Shown: positions 1 through 10,800, counted from the stretch's first letter. The stretch is 64,000 bases of DNA from Candidatus Omnitrophota bacterium (GCA_020632575.1 JACKFH010000006.1:10117-74116), one strand, 5' to 3'. The notes: a model not told the origin generated them from the letters alone. Program-made: numbers and translations.

Positions 1-1659
1 CTAAGCCAGGAAGTTCGTCTCGGAAATTAGCCACCGCCGGGTTTTGAGCATGACCGATGAAATGATGCTTGAGGATATTCCCCTTCATGTCCGCGAAGAA
101 CATGCCTTCATCGCTCGCCGCGCAGAGGAGGCGAATCTCATCCCCCATCTCCGGGTTGAAGTTGACCAGCGCCACTCCATCCGCATGGTCTTTGACCTCG
201 TCCTCCAAATTCCAGAGTTGAGTTCCGTCGTCGTCGTAGAGGGAATACCCGATTGAGAGTTCGTCCTTCCCATCGCCATCGATGTCGGCGGCGTAAGGGT
301 AGTGCCCCGTGTTGCACTCGCCGGTCCATAGAAGTTCGAGATCGCTGTTGTAAATCCAGAAGTTGGAATACCGATTCTTGACCAGGATATTCGAGGCGTG
401 TCCCTTCCCTTCAACATCGAGGAAGAAAAGGCAATCGCCCAGAATCTTAGGAAATCGGTTATAGGGTTCACGGACATTCTCCGGCGTATCGGGCATAGAA
501 ATCTTCTTGATCGTCTCTCCGGTGGCGCCTTCGGCGATTGTGAGTTGGAAGTCGCGGCAGTAAATGACCTCGTTTTTACCGTCGTTGTCGAGGTCGTGAA
601 TCTGAAACGCCACATCGGAGGTCTGATTGTCTTTCCAGGGATCCGGCATTCCGGATTGCCACAGGATGTCGCCATCGAAAGTCATTGCGGTCATGCAACC
701 CACCTCGCTGTTACGGTCTTTCGGGCCATGGTTGATCACCTGTCCAATCAACACATCCTTGTCCCCATCCCCGTCGAGGTCGCCAAACCGCAGATTGCGG
801 CCAACTCCAAAACCATCCACCTTTTGGACCTTGTTGATCACTCCCTCTGTCTTGAACGTCTTCCAGAGAACCATTTTCGGATTGGCATCTTGAAGGCTCT
901 TTTCCTCCGCGACACGCTCGGCGATTTCGGACTCGATCGCCTCCTTTGTTTCAGGTGTTGTGGTGATCCTGGCATAGTGATATTCGACAGGGAGATCGGA
1001 AGTGAGCGCGACCTTACCCTTCGGGAATGAATCATCGGTCGCCTCGATGGGACTGCCGCCATTCAACGACGCTTTGAGTTTCGGTCCGGTGCATGAGACC
1101 TTCAGTGATAATTGCTCTCCGGTCTCCCCCTCGATCACACGTTCCCCCAAAATCGTTTCGTCCGGTTTGTGAAACGCGGTCGCGTGATTCACTTTCATAA
1201 GAACCGCGCGATTCCCCTCGACTCCGAAGAAGTAATAACACCGGCTGTTCTTCACCCGGAATGCAACACCTGTCCTCCCCTTTCCCTGATGCGGAGTCAT
1301 TTCGACTTCGACCATGTAATCGCTCCATGCAGGATCGCCGGTCATCACCATGGGGCGGGTATGTCTTCTCAGATTTTGGATCGATTGAAATAAGGTCTTC
1401 TCGCCATCCTTCTCGAGAACCCGCCAGGCTCTTTGCGATTCCGGATCGGAGGTGAATGCCGCGACATACCAGTTCCCTTTGGGACCCGCCTCGGGCAGGA
1501 AGTGGTACTCGAGGTGCGCCCCGACCACCGAGAAGAGATGGCCGGTCGGAAGATCGGAGAAATCGTCATCCAGAAGCGGCGCCTCGCCTTGGCCAATGGC
1601 TTGTGCCGACAGAAACGAAAGAAACGCCGCGAGAAAAAAATCTTCACCACTCGAGTCAT
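1..1659 (-). CDS. Secreted FG-GAP/VCBS-repeat beta-propeller protein (possibly PL11-like polysaccharide lyase fold). The C-terminus runs off the left window edge. The N-terminus appears frameshifted at an A7 tract (1634-1640)
   Basis: The unlisted minus frame is open from nt 1 to ~1740. It shows repeated Ca-binding FG-GAP motifs (DIDGDGKDELSIGY, DLDGDGDKDVLIG, HDLDNDGKNEVIY). The ATG at 1659 is followed by a textbook signal peptide only if one extra T is added to the T7 run (MTRVVKIFF|LAAFLSFLSAQAIGQG). The listed plus ORFs here (398..1030 etc.) have junk composition. Confidence 0.6.
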
Positions 1660-1700
1660 TAGGGCCTCCGTTCGTCCAAGTACATTGAGATTGGCAGTCT

Positions 1701-1735
1701 AAACAAAACGCCGGTCTCTGATGAGACCGGCGTTT
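1701..1735 (-). terminator. Rho-independent terminator for the HEAT-repeat gene
   Basis: Perfect 13-bp stem aaacgccggtctc / gagaccggcgttt (1706-1735) with loop tgat. On the minus strand it is followed by a U-tract (plus-strand A-run 1701-1708). It lies 40 nt beyond the stop at 1776. Confidence 0.7.
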
Positions 1736-1775
1736 CACCGTATTCATTCACACCTATTCGACGGAATCGGAGACT

Positions 1776-3890
1776 TCAATCCAACAACTTGACCTCGTTC
1801 AGGTCGATGGGATTTCCATCCTTGTCGGCGATACGAACCACGAACTCCCAACCGCCACCCTCCTGGAGAACCTTGAGGAGTAGGGTGTTCTTGCCCTTCT
1901 TCAGGGTGACCGGAACCTTGTCGCCATCGACCTCGGCCCCGCGTGGCATATTCACCTCGAAGACCCTTTCGCCATTCACCCAGAATTCGCAACCATCATT
2001 GGTCCCGAACATCAACTGAACTTCCATCTCCTTGGGAGCGTTTAGTTCGGTGTAAGCGTAAGCGGTCACAAACTGATTCTGATCGAAGTACTCGGACATG
2101 CTGATCCGCGCCGGGATAGCCTCGGTCGTGACATCCTTCCACTCCATTTTTTGACCGTTGAACTCGCCGCCCGATTTTAAGTCGACCTTCTCCTCGGGGA
2201 AGTAGGCTTTGTGGAACGCCTCGCCGTTCTGGTTCGGGAAGGGTCCAATCAGATGCCACTCGTTAATGAACCCCTGACGCTTGGTGAAGATCGAACTGTC
2301 ATTGCCCAACGCCTTGAACTGATCGAGAGCGACATTTTTCACCTCGCCGACATTCGGGTGGTCGATGATGTCCATGATCATCGCAACCTGCTTGTCCTTA
2401 TCGCCAGCCTTGGCATAAGCCTCGGCAAGGGAAAGGTAAGTTCGAGCCGCATCCTGAGGGACGATTCCACGGTCGATGAGGTCTTTCACCTTGTCCACCG
2501 AGGTCGGATCTCCAAGGCCAGCAATCCCGGTCAGGGCTTTCCTTAGAGTCTCATCGTCATAAATGAACTCCAACGCTTGGAGATACATCCCGAGAGCATG
2601 CTTAGCGTCACCCTTCGCGAGCACGCGATCCGCCAGCTTCAGGTAACCCTCACGAGCCGCCTTGGCCACCGAGGGATCTTCGTTGCGAGCGTTCTCCAGA
2701 AAAACATTTTCCAGGTCCGCATCCGGGGAGTCGCCAAGAAGACCAAGAGCGGTGATCTTGGTGGCCTCATTTTCGCTGTTGATCGCGTTGCGGAGGATTT
2801 TATCGACTCCGGGAACCTCACGTTGGGCGAGGACACGTAGCAACGCGGCTTGTTCGGTTCCAGTCGCTTCCTCGTATCGCTTTTTCAACATGGAATCCAC
2901 ATCGCCACCCTTCCAGTTGATGATGGTTTGAGCGGCGATCTCACGAATGGCGGGGGAGGGATCGGCCATCTTCTTGCCGAACATCCCGATGGTTTCCGGA
3001 TCGTTCAGCTGGGCGATTCCGATCATCGCGCCGCAGACCACGTGCTCCAAAACGGCGCCATCCATCAACGCCTCATAAATCTTCAGGGCCTTTTTTTTGT
3101 GTCCCGCTTCCGCCTCGACATCCGCCATGCGGAGGAGAATCTCCGGAAGGCGCCGGTTGGCGCTCTCGGAGGCAATGGCCATCAGGGGCAGTTTGAACTT
3201 GGCGTCCACCGGCGTCCCTAGACGAGAGATGGCGTCGAGGGCGTCGATTTTCAACTGCGCCGGCGCGCCCTTATAGTATTCAACAAGTTCATCCGCCGAA
3301 CCCGGATCTCCCCGATGTCCAAGGGAGTCGAGGATCCGCCGTTGTTTGTCGACCGAGGCGTCCTCAAGAGCCTCGAGCAATTCCTCGGTTGCCTCATCTC
3401 CGGGGATTTCCTCCAAGCAGCGCGCGGCAGCCTCGAACAGATCATCCTCCTCGAGGCAATCCGAAATCGCGTCAACCGCTTCCTCGGTCCCAACGAAATG
3501 AAGGAGTTCAAGGGCTTCATTCTTGGCGGCGTGAGAACTGTCATTTTCGAGAACTTGGATGAGGGCCTCTTCCGCTTTCTCGGCTTCTCCCTCCGCCCCC
3601 GGGCGGCCGGCGTAATGAACGATGTGCATCATGGCGTGCTGGACATCCTTCACGACAAATTGGTCTTCGTTGTCCATTAAGCCGGCCAATGGCAACAGCG
3701 CGTCGACTCCCGCTTCAGCCGCCTTGTCGGCCGCTTCCACACGAACCTCCGAACTCGCCGATTGGACATTTTTTATGAGACTATCAACATCGCCCGCGAA
3801 GGAGGCGACAGACAACAGCCAGCCGAAAGCGCAAGCCGTAACTCCTAGACTCACCCTCCAGCCGATCGATTTATTATGAATCCGTTTCAT
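1776..3890 (-). CDS. Secreted HEAT-repeat (PBS-lyase-like) protein with a C-terminal GH2_N-like galactose-binding jelly-roll domain
   Basis: ATG at 3890 is preceded by AAGGAG (3900-3905, 9-nt spacing). Signal peptide MKRIHNKSIGWRVSLGVTACAFGWLLSVASFAG. Repeated HEAT-like helices. The C-terminus (FWVNGERVFEV...KGKNTLLLKVLQ) resembles a sugar-binding jelly roll. Confidence 0.7.
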   Translation of the reverse strand: MKRIHNKSIGWRVSLGVTACAFGWLLSVASFAGDVDSLIKNVQSASSEVRVEAADKAAEAGVDALLPLAGLMDNEDQFVVKDVQHAMMHIVHYAGRPGAEGEAEKAEEALIQVLENDSSHAAKNEALELLHFVGTEEAVDAISDCLEEDDLFEAAARCLEEIPGDEATEELLEALEDASVDKQRRILDSLGHRGDPGSADELVEYYKGAPAQLKIDALDAISRLGTPVDAKFKLPLMAIASESANRRLPEILLRMADVEAEAGHKKKALKIYEALMDGAVLEHVVCGAMIGIAQLNDPETIGMFGKKMADPSPAIREIAAQTIINWKGGDVDSMLKKRYEEATGTEQAALLRVLAQREVPGVDKILRNAINSENEATKITALGLLGDSPDADLENVFLENARNEDPSVAKAAREGYLKLADRVLAKGDAKHALGMYLQALEFIYDDETLRKALTGIAGLGDPTSVDKVKDLIDRGIVPQDAARTYLSLAEAYAKAGDKDKQVAMIMDIIDHPNVGEVKNVALDQFKALGNDSSIFTKRQGFINEWHLIGPFPNQNGEAFHKAYFPEEKVDLKSGGEFNGQKMEWKDVTTEAIPARISMSEYFDQNQFVTAYAYTELNAPKEMEVQLMFGTNDGCEFWVNGERVFEVNMPRGAEVDGDKVPVTLKKGKNTLLLKVLQEGGGWEFVVRIADKDGNPIDLNEVKLLD

Positions 3891-3899
3891 GGATTTTTT

Positions 3900-3905
3900 C
3901 TCCTT
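3900..3905 (-). promoter_or_regulatory. Shine-Dalgarno AAGGAG for CDS 1776..3890
   Basis: Plus-strand ctcctt, 9 nt 5' of the ATG on the minus strand. Confidence 0.6.
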
Positions 3906-3933
3906 TGTGTTTTCTCGGAGCGCTTTCTCCGGT

Positions 3934-5235
3934 TCAGAGGTGGTAACTCCCGCGTCCCGGACGGGCCAGATAACGGTTGGCTTCCGGATCGTTCTTGAAT
4001 TCCCGTTTGACCGGATCCCAATGGAGTTTCCGCCCGACCAGATAAGAGATGTTCCCAATAACGCACATATCGGCGACCGCGACTCCATCCTCGATCGGCA
4101 TGATCGGTTGCTCGCGGGTCTTCATGCAGTTATAGAAATTCTCCTCGTGCCCGGGGCTCCGGAAAACCTGGACGCCGCCAGGAGGGGGCGAATAACGCAT
4201 CGCCTTGTCCTCGGTGTCGCATCCACCATCTCCGCCATTAACCAGGAGTTGGCCTTTTGTGCCGTAGTAGGTGGCGCCGAATTCTCTACCCGATTGCGGC
4301 ACACCAGGTTGAGCCCAGACCACTTTCAGGTCGGGATCTTTGAACTCGTAGGTGACCTCCATATCGATCGGGCAATCGAAGATTCCTTTCTTCGGAGGGG
4401 TCCCTGTCGCCTCGACCGTAACGGGGGCCGCGTCGCGACGGTTCAGCACCCAGAGGATGACACTAAACACATGCGCTCCGCGGTCGCGGATGTTGCCTCC
4501 GCCGTAATCCATGAACCAACGGAAAAAGAAGTGAGAACGCATCGGGTTGTAGGGAACCCAGCGTGTCGGTCCAAGCCACATTTCCCAATCGAGTTCCGGC
4601 GGAATAGGTTCATCCTTGACCCAGTCGCTCTCACGGTTGACCGAGTGCCAGCAGATCACTTCTTTGACATCACCAATCTCGCCATTCTGGACATAGGTCG
4701 CCGCAGCATGTGCGGCAGGAGTCGAGCGTCCCTGGCTGCCGACCTGAACGATCCGCCCATACCGCTTGGCGGCGTCGACCATCGCCTTGCCCTCTTCGAT
4801 CGTGTTGCACGCCGGCTTTTGGACATAGACATCGAACCCCGCCTGACAGGCGTGCACACACTGCAAACCATGCCAATGGTCCGGCGTCGCAATCACCATG
4901 GCGTCTATATCCTTACGCTCGAGGAGTCTGCGATAGTCGGTGTACTGGTCCGGGTAACGTCCCCCACGCTCGACCACCAGATCGCAAGCCTCCTTCATGT
5001 GGTTGGTGTCGACCTCGCAGATCGCCACCGAGTGATTGCGAATATGGCTACGACCCATACCGCCAACACCGATATGCCCGGTGATAATCCGATCGTTCGC
5101 CCCGGGCCTTCCGGGCGCCGCAAGGACCTCTCGCGGGATAATCGTGGGGACAGTGATCGCCGCCCCCGCTAAGGTCGTCTTATTAAGGAACGACCGCCGG
5201 GAAATTTTCCCGTTTTGGATAAGTTTTTCCGACAT
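3934..5235 (-). CDS. Gfo/Idh/MocA-family NAD(P)-dependent oxidoreductase with twin-arginine (TAT) signal (periplasmic sugar/glycoside dehydrogenase-like)
   Basis: RRSFLNKTTLAGAAIT TAT motif. Rossmann motif GHIGVGGMG. Good homology pattern for Gfo/Idh/MocA. GGAGG sits 6 nt before the ATG at 5235, so I prefer it over the listed start at 5250. Confidence 0.8.
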   Translation of the reverse strand: MSEKLIQNGKISRRSFLNKTTLAGAAITVPTIIPREVLAAPGRPGANDRIITGHIGVGGMGRSHIRNHSVAICEVDTNHMKEACDLVVERGGRYPDQYTDYRRLLERKDIDAMVIATPDHWHGLQCVHACQAGFDVYVQKPACNTIEEGKAMVDAAKRYGRIVQVGSQGRSTPAAHAAATYVQNGEIGDVKEVICWHSVNRESDWVKDEPIPPELDWEMWLGPTRWVPYNPMRSHFFFRWFMDYGGGNIRDRGAHVFSVILWVLNRRDAAPVTVEATGTPPKKGIFDCPIDMEVTYEFKDPDLKVVWAQPGVPQSGREFGATYYGTKGQLLVNGGDGGCDTEDKAMRYSPPPGGVQVFRSPGHEENFYNCMKTREQPIMPIEDGVAVADMCVIGNISYLVGRKLHWDPVKREFKNDPEANRYLARPGRGSYHL

Positions 5236-5372
5236 GGATAGGACCTCCATCCTTTGGAGTTTGGTGCTTCAAATACCTCTCGAAAACTCCCCTCCGTGTC
5301 ATTCCGACGTCAGGAGGAATCTGTCGGGAGGTTACATTTCAAAATACTTTCTGACTCTCACTCGGCGCATTG

Positions 5373-5540
5373 AGTCCGTTTCAACGGACTTCGATGTGCG
5401 TAGCCACGGAATTGATTCCGTGGCGGACTTAGTCGGTTTCTCGCGGTTGAATCAGACCGACTGATTCTTCGGCATCGATTCCAAACCGCCACGGAATCAA
5501 TTCCGTGGCTACGAATAGAGAGGCGTCTGTTAAAACAGAC
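5373..5540. repeat. MITE/REP-like intergenic element: two ~50-bp inverted arms, each with an AGTCYGTTTYAACRGACT hairpin plus a TGCGTAGCCACG-loop-CGTGGC hairpin
   Basis: Left arm 5373-5424 and right arm 5488-5540 are reverse complements. The same arm family recurs at 30071-30124. Confidence 0.6.
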
Positions 5541-5576
5541 TCTCATTCGCCCGGAGCGACACCATTTTAAACTTCC

Positions 5577-6341
5577 TCAATCAGGGCTTGCATCCTCCAC
5601 CACGGCTAAAATTCCCACATAATTGAAACCGATATCCTCGCGTCCCAAGCAGGGGGCATACATCCCGGATAAGGCGCCGTCAAGGTAAAGAGCGTCCTTG
5701 CATCCGAGCCGGTCCCTGAAGTAGGAGGCGAAGGTGAACAAGTTTACAGGTTTTTGGCTGATCGCGAAAACCACCTTGCCCTCCGGGTCAACCCCCACTC
5801 CGTTACGGACATAGACGCTATCGGAGCCCTCGTTGAATTTTGGATGAATTTCGCCCTTGCGGAGTAGCAAGGGGCCCGATTGGACCGCGAGGTCGGGGGT
5901 TGCCTCTTGAGCCTCGTACTCCGAGGTTTCCAGAATCTTCGCTTTCCCGTTGTCGATGAAAAAGACTCCATTCGGTTTCATCGAAAAGTTCCCCTTGCCC
6001 CCCTTTGATTTGTTTAATCGACGGAGGATCTCTCCGTTTTCGACATGGAGGCCAAGTGGAGTGTAATCCTCGGCGTAAATCCCGGAATTCGTGGCGAACA
6101 GGAGTTTCTTCCCGGACTCCTCCAGGAATGCTTTGAGATTCAGGAAAGTCTGGTGACGGGCTCCGTCGGGGTGTTTCCAGAACAACTGGAGAGACCGATC
6201 GGTTAGATCGACCCAGACCGTGTCGAACCCGGTCTGCTTAAACTGGAGACTCTCGCAACGCAGTCCTTCAGCGTCGGTCCACCCAGGTGTGATCGAAAAA
6301 ATGAGTAGGAGCGGGATCAAAAAAAAGTTCCTGAAACGCAC
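5577..6341 (-). CDS. Phosphodiester glycosidase family protein (DUF2233, NAGPA-like), secreted
   Basis: GTG start with signal peptide (RFRNFFLIPLLLIFSITPGWTDA). Family-typical length and composition (LYLDGALSGMYAP..). Confidence 0.65.
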   Translation of the reverse strand: MRFRNFFLIPLLLIFSITPGWTDAEGLRCESLQFKQTGFDTVWVDLTDRSLQLFWKHPDGARHQTFLNLKAFLEESGKKLLFATNSGIYAEDYTPLGLHVENGEILRRLNKSKGGKGNFSMKPNGVFFIDNGKAKILETSEYEAQEATPDLAVQSGPLLLRKGEIHPKFNEGSDSVYVRNGVGVDPEGKVVFAISQKPVNLFTFASYFRDRLGCKDALYLDGALSGMYAPCLGREDIGFNYVGILAVVEDASPD

Positions 6342-6378
6342 CCTTTGAGGGTATCATCTTTCGGAACGATGAGGAGAT

Positions 6379-7623
6379 GTGAGTTCGAACCGAGCGGAGG
6401 AAGCACTTGACGTGAAAAGGAAAAGCATTGTCTGGGCGATAATCGGGATACTGGTCCAAGCCAGTTCGGCTGGGGAATGGCCAACCTTTCTTGGCCCTAA
6501 CCGAAATGGTGTTGTGGAAGACGCCAAATGGAATCCCACATTCCCAAAGGACGGCCCTAAGATTCTCTGGCGCGCAAGGGTGGGAACTGGATTCTCCGCC
6601 ATTTCTGTGAGCGATGGGCGCGCCCTTGTTGCTGGAAACAATGAGGGAGAGGACACACTGTACTGTTTCAACGCTGAAACGGGTAAAGAAATTTGGCGGC
6701 TTTCATACCCTTGTCCCATTTTGGATCGAAACCATGAGGGGGGACCCGCTGCGGCGGTCACGATTGATGGAGACCGGATCTATCACCTTTCCCGACAAGG
6801 TGAAATACGATGCATTGAGGCCGAATCCGGTTCAATCGTGTGGGAGAAAAATCTCCCCAAGGAGTATGAAATACCCTTCCCCAATTACGCTTTCTCAGCC
6901 ACTCCCTTAATCGAGGGGACTTGGGTGATCGTTGATGTGGGAACCGTTTTCGCGCTGAATAAAACCAATGGCGAGGTGGTCTGGAAATCTGAGCCGTATA
7001 TGGCGGGTTATGGTTCCCCCATTGCATTTACTGTTAAGGACCAACGAATTCTGGCTGTCCTCAACGCGCCGGGACTGACTCTATTCGACATGAAAACGGG
7101 TGTGACACTTTCCCAACGGGAATGGCACACTTACGACAACTGCAACACTACAACCCCCACGCTAGTTGGAAATGATCACATCTTCATTTCAACAGGATAC
7201 AATCGGGGTTGCTCGCTCTTCGATGTATCCGACCCAACCGAAATCCGAACCGTTTACGAAAACGGAAACATGAACAACCATTTCGCCAATTCGATTCTCG
7301 TTAATGGCTATCTCTATGGATTCGACGGCCAAATGCATAAGGGCCCTGTCCCTTTGAAATGCCTGAATGCGGAAACTGGTGAAAATGTCTGGCAAACTGA
7401 GCGAGTTTTGAACGGCGCTTTGATTGTCGCCAACGAAACGATGATCATCCTGACCGAAAATGGAGAATTAGTGACTGCGAAGGCCTCACCTGATGGGTAC
7501 GATGAAATCTCCCGGTCACAGGTTCTTGGCCGAAAAGCCTGGACCATGCCAGTGCTGGCGGAGGGGAAAATCTATTGCCGGAACGCGAGAGGGGACGTGG
7601 TGTGTGTGTCGGTGGACAAGTAA
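6379..7623 (+). CDS. PQQ-like beta-propeller repeat protein (BamB/PQQ-enzyme-repeat family), secreted
   Basis: Repeated PQQ-type blades (LYCFNAETGKEIW, IRCIEAESGSIVW, VFALNKTNGEVVW, LKCLNAETGENVW). The true start is likely GTG 6412 (VKRKSIVWAIIGILVQASSAGEW signal peptide, GGAGGA 13 nt upstream). Confidence 0.75.
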   Translation: MSSNRAEEALDVKRKSIVWAIIGILVQASSAGEWPTFLGPNRNGVVEDAKWNPTFPKDGPKILWRARVGTGFSAISVSDGRALVAGNNEGEDTLYCFNAETGKEIWRLSYPCPILDRNHEGGPAAAVTIDGDRIYHLSRQGEIRCIEAESGSIVWEKNLPKEYEIPFPNYAFSATPLIEGTWVIVDVGTVFALNKTNGEVVWKSEPYMAGYGSPIAFTVKDQRILAVLNAPGLTLFDMKTGVTLSQREWHTYDNCNTTTPTLVGNDHIFISTGYNRGCSLFDVSDPTEIRTVYENGNMNNHFANSILVNGYLYGFDGQMHKGPVPLKCLNAETGENVWQTERVLNGALIVANETMIILTENGELVTAKASPDGYDEISRSQVLGRKAWTMPVLAEGKIYCRNARGDVVCVSVDK

Positions 7624-7828
7624 GGCGCCTCACGCTACTCTTTATCACATTGATTTAATTGATGTTATCGAGGAGATTCTCATTCTAGAGAAATCTCCTC
7701 ACTCAGTCTTCCACCAGGTCGCAACGGCCTGAGCGAATCGGCTCCATGGTTTGTATTTCACATAACGCCTATTTGATCGACCATGACCCTAATGGCTGAA
7801 TGAAACTCTTGGATAGGATTGTTGTTAA

Positions 7829-10800
7829 ATGACTTGCCGCCTCGTCTATCTTGCTGTCGTGGGATTCTTGATCTCGTTTCTTCAACTTTCAGCCGTATCA
7901 GAAACCCTATATGTCAACAGCGCAGTCACTGGCGGTTCCAACGATGGAACCAGTTGGGACAACGCCTTCGAGCACCTGCAGGACGCGCTGAGCGATGCGA
8001 CCTCAGGAGATGAAATCTGGGTCGCCGAGGGAGTCTACTATCCGGATGAGGGCGTCGGAATTTCGGACAATAGCCAATCCGCCTTGTTTATCCTCACGGA
8101 GGGGGTGGAGATCTACGGCGGATTTTCAAATGCCGCGACGGACGAATCCGACTTCGCCGGGAGAGATTTCGAGCAAAATGTGACCATCCTGAGTGGAGAC
8201 ATCGACGGAAACGACATGACCAATGCCGATGGGATTGTCACAGATGTCGGCGGGATTAGTGGCTTTAACTCGACGCATGTTGTTTCCGCTTTCGGCGCTT
8301 CCGAAGCGACTCTTCTCGATGGGTTCACGATTACCGCCGGAGACGCCAAGGGCGGCGGATTAGCCAGCACAGGCGGCGGGATGTGGAACTCGGGAGTCAC
8401 TTCGGTTCGTCTTCGAAATCTCACCTTCCAAGGAAACCGCGCCGCCGACCAAGGGGGCGGAATGGCCAATCATACGGGCGCCTCTCCGGATCTGGGCAAT
8501 GTGCGCTTCATTGGCAACGAGACTCAAGGTTCGGGTGGGGGACTCTCGAATCAGAACGACTGTTCTCCAGTCCTCGCGGAAGTGACTTTTGAAAACAACC
8601 ACTCGTCCTTTATCGCTGGAGCGATGTCCTGTTCGACTAACTGCCACCCGACTCTGGTCAACGTCTTGTTCGAGGGGAACACCTCCGATAACGATTGCGC
8701 TGGAATGTGGGTGCGATATAGCTGTCATCCATACTTGGAAAACGTCCGTTTTGTTGGAAATCGATCGGCCGCCAATTGCGGTGGGTTAATGGTTCAAGAT
8801 GACTCGAACCCGGTCCTTATCAACGTCGCCTTCTCTAACAACTCAGCAGGAGGATCGGGCAGTGGTGGGGGAATGTACAACAATCTCAACTCGAGTCCGA
8901 TTCTAACCAATGTCACCTTTTGGAATAACACGGCGGGCGTTAGCGGTGGCGGGATATACAACCACCAAAACAGCGACCCGATTTTCCAAAACTGCATCCT
9001 TTGGGAAAACACCGCTACTGGAAGCAATCAGATCCACAACGATAAATTCGATTGCGATCCCGTATTGAGGAACTGCATCGTCGAAGGGGGATGCCCTGAC
9101 GGCCAGACCGATTGCACCCTAAACCTGTACACTTTCGATCCTCTCTTCACCGATCCGGATGGTCCGGACGACACAAGCGGGACTGCCGACGACAATTTGC
9201 GCCTCCAATCCAACTCTCCCGCCATCGACGCCGGTGACAACAATTATGACCCGGATCCGAGCGCCTCACCGCCGGACAGCCTTCTGGATATCGACAAGGA
9301 CCTCGATCAAAAGGAGCGCGTGCTCGGAGTCGTCGATCTAGGATCTTACGAATTTCAAGGCATCGCAAACATCCGCGCCGGGGGAGGCAAAGAGACCATT
9401 CGACTGATTTGGGATCGCAGCCCTTTGGATGGCGTGTTGGGATATAACGTTTACCGCTCGGATGAAAGCAGCGATTTCACCTCTAAAGCCAAAGTCAATT
9501 CCGAAATCCTCATCGACCCAGTTTATGTAGATGGAGAGATGACTCCGTTGTCGCAAGGGGAGGATTATTATTATCAAATCGAGGTTTTAGCCGACGCGAC
9601 CACGGAGATTGTGTCTGGAATCAGCGGCGAAGCGAGTGGAACCGAGGGCGAGTATGTCATGATCCTCCCCGACATCCGGACAGCGACGACGGAATCGGTT
9701 GTCCGATTCCCCATATCGACGTTGAACGCACGCGGAATCACGGACAACGCTTTTTTCGTCACCATCAACTTCCCAGCCGCAATGGTCGACGCCACCCAAA
9801 TCGGATTTGAACAGACCGCACTCACCGAGGCTTATCAGGATATCAAAATCGCCACGAACACTGCTGTCTCTCCTCCGCGGGTGTCCATCTTCTCCGAGGT
9901 TGGCTCAAGCCAGAATATCGAACTCAATGGTGAGGGAACCTTTATCAATCTGACCTTCCCTCTTAAACCAGGATTATCGCTCAACCAAACAGGCGAGTTC
10001 AGTTTCGACAGCGTCCTGCTCAGAGATAACGCCAATACTCCGGTGAACACTGTCATGACAGACACTGGCGCGCTAATCGTGTCCAACCATTTCAAATTAG
10101 GCGATGTCAATGGAGATGCGAATGTCGACTTCGAGGACCGAGACGAAGTGAGCGAAATCGCGGTCGGCAAGCCGCTTGAGGAGGTCGCCCTTCAAAATCC
10201 GCCCTCCGTTCCGGACCCCGACGTGGACACCATCCGCTCGGCCGCCGATGTCAACGCCGACGGGACGATCGATGTCGCCGATGTGAATCTAATCCGTCAA
10301 AGATTTGGCACCAAGAGTGTTGAGCCGTTGAAGGCGGCGGCAGGAGCCCTCAAGCAAACCGTACTCGACACGTACACACTGGATCTGAAAGACGCCTACT
10401 TTGAAACGCTGCCTGGACAGGTCGATATGTTTGTGTCACTCGATCAACCGGCTTCGGACAACATAGGGATCGCGGGAACTTCTTTCACTCTGGCCTACGC
10501 TACAGACGAGGTCGAACTTATAGGCGCCGAACTTGTGGGCGGAGGCGCGACCTTCGATCAATTGGTGTACGACCAACGGGACTATTCTCGTGGATGGAAG
10601 CCAGGCCAAATCCGTTTGGTGGTCAGCGCAAACAGCAACAAGGCCGTGTCGGCGGATTTCGTGAAGATCAAGTTTCGGGAAGTGGATCCGGTCACTGAAA
10701 TGTCCACCAACCTCAGGTTTAGAACCGCAAAGATTGCTCGCCGGTCCGGCGAGGACATACGCTGGAACAACAACATCCAGTTGCTGGATGGACAGATTTT

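Noticed and set aside
44-1702. Plus-strand ORFs listed at 44..256, 398..1030, 627..893, 1112..1393, 1433..1702
   Set aside because: They are antisense or out of frame relative to a continuous, unlisted minus-strand FG-GAP gene with clear repeat motifs. Their translations are low-complexity or Arg-rich junk.
1723-1740. In-frame GTG (~1738) as an alternative start that would avoid invoking a frameshift for the FG-GAP gene
   Set aside because: It lies inside the stem of the upstream Rho-independent terminator and has no RBS. It also yields an acidic 30-aa extension before the hydrophobic segment instead of a signal peptide.
3889-5172. 427-aa plus-strand ORF
   Set aside because: It is antisense to the Gfo/Idh/MocA gene, which has a TAT signal, a Rossmann motif and an RBS. 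The translation is Arg/Pro-rich.
6321-6328. A8/T8 homopolymer in the signal-peptide codons of the DUF2233 gene as a second phase-variation site
   Set aside because: The reading frame is intact (FFL). It is most likely a by-product of Phe codons, so I note it only as a parallel to the 1634-1640 tract.
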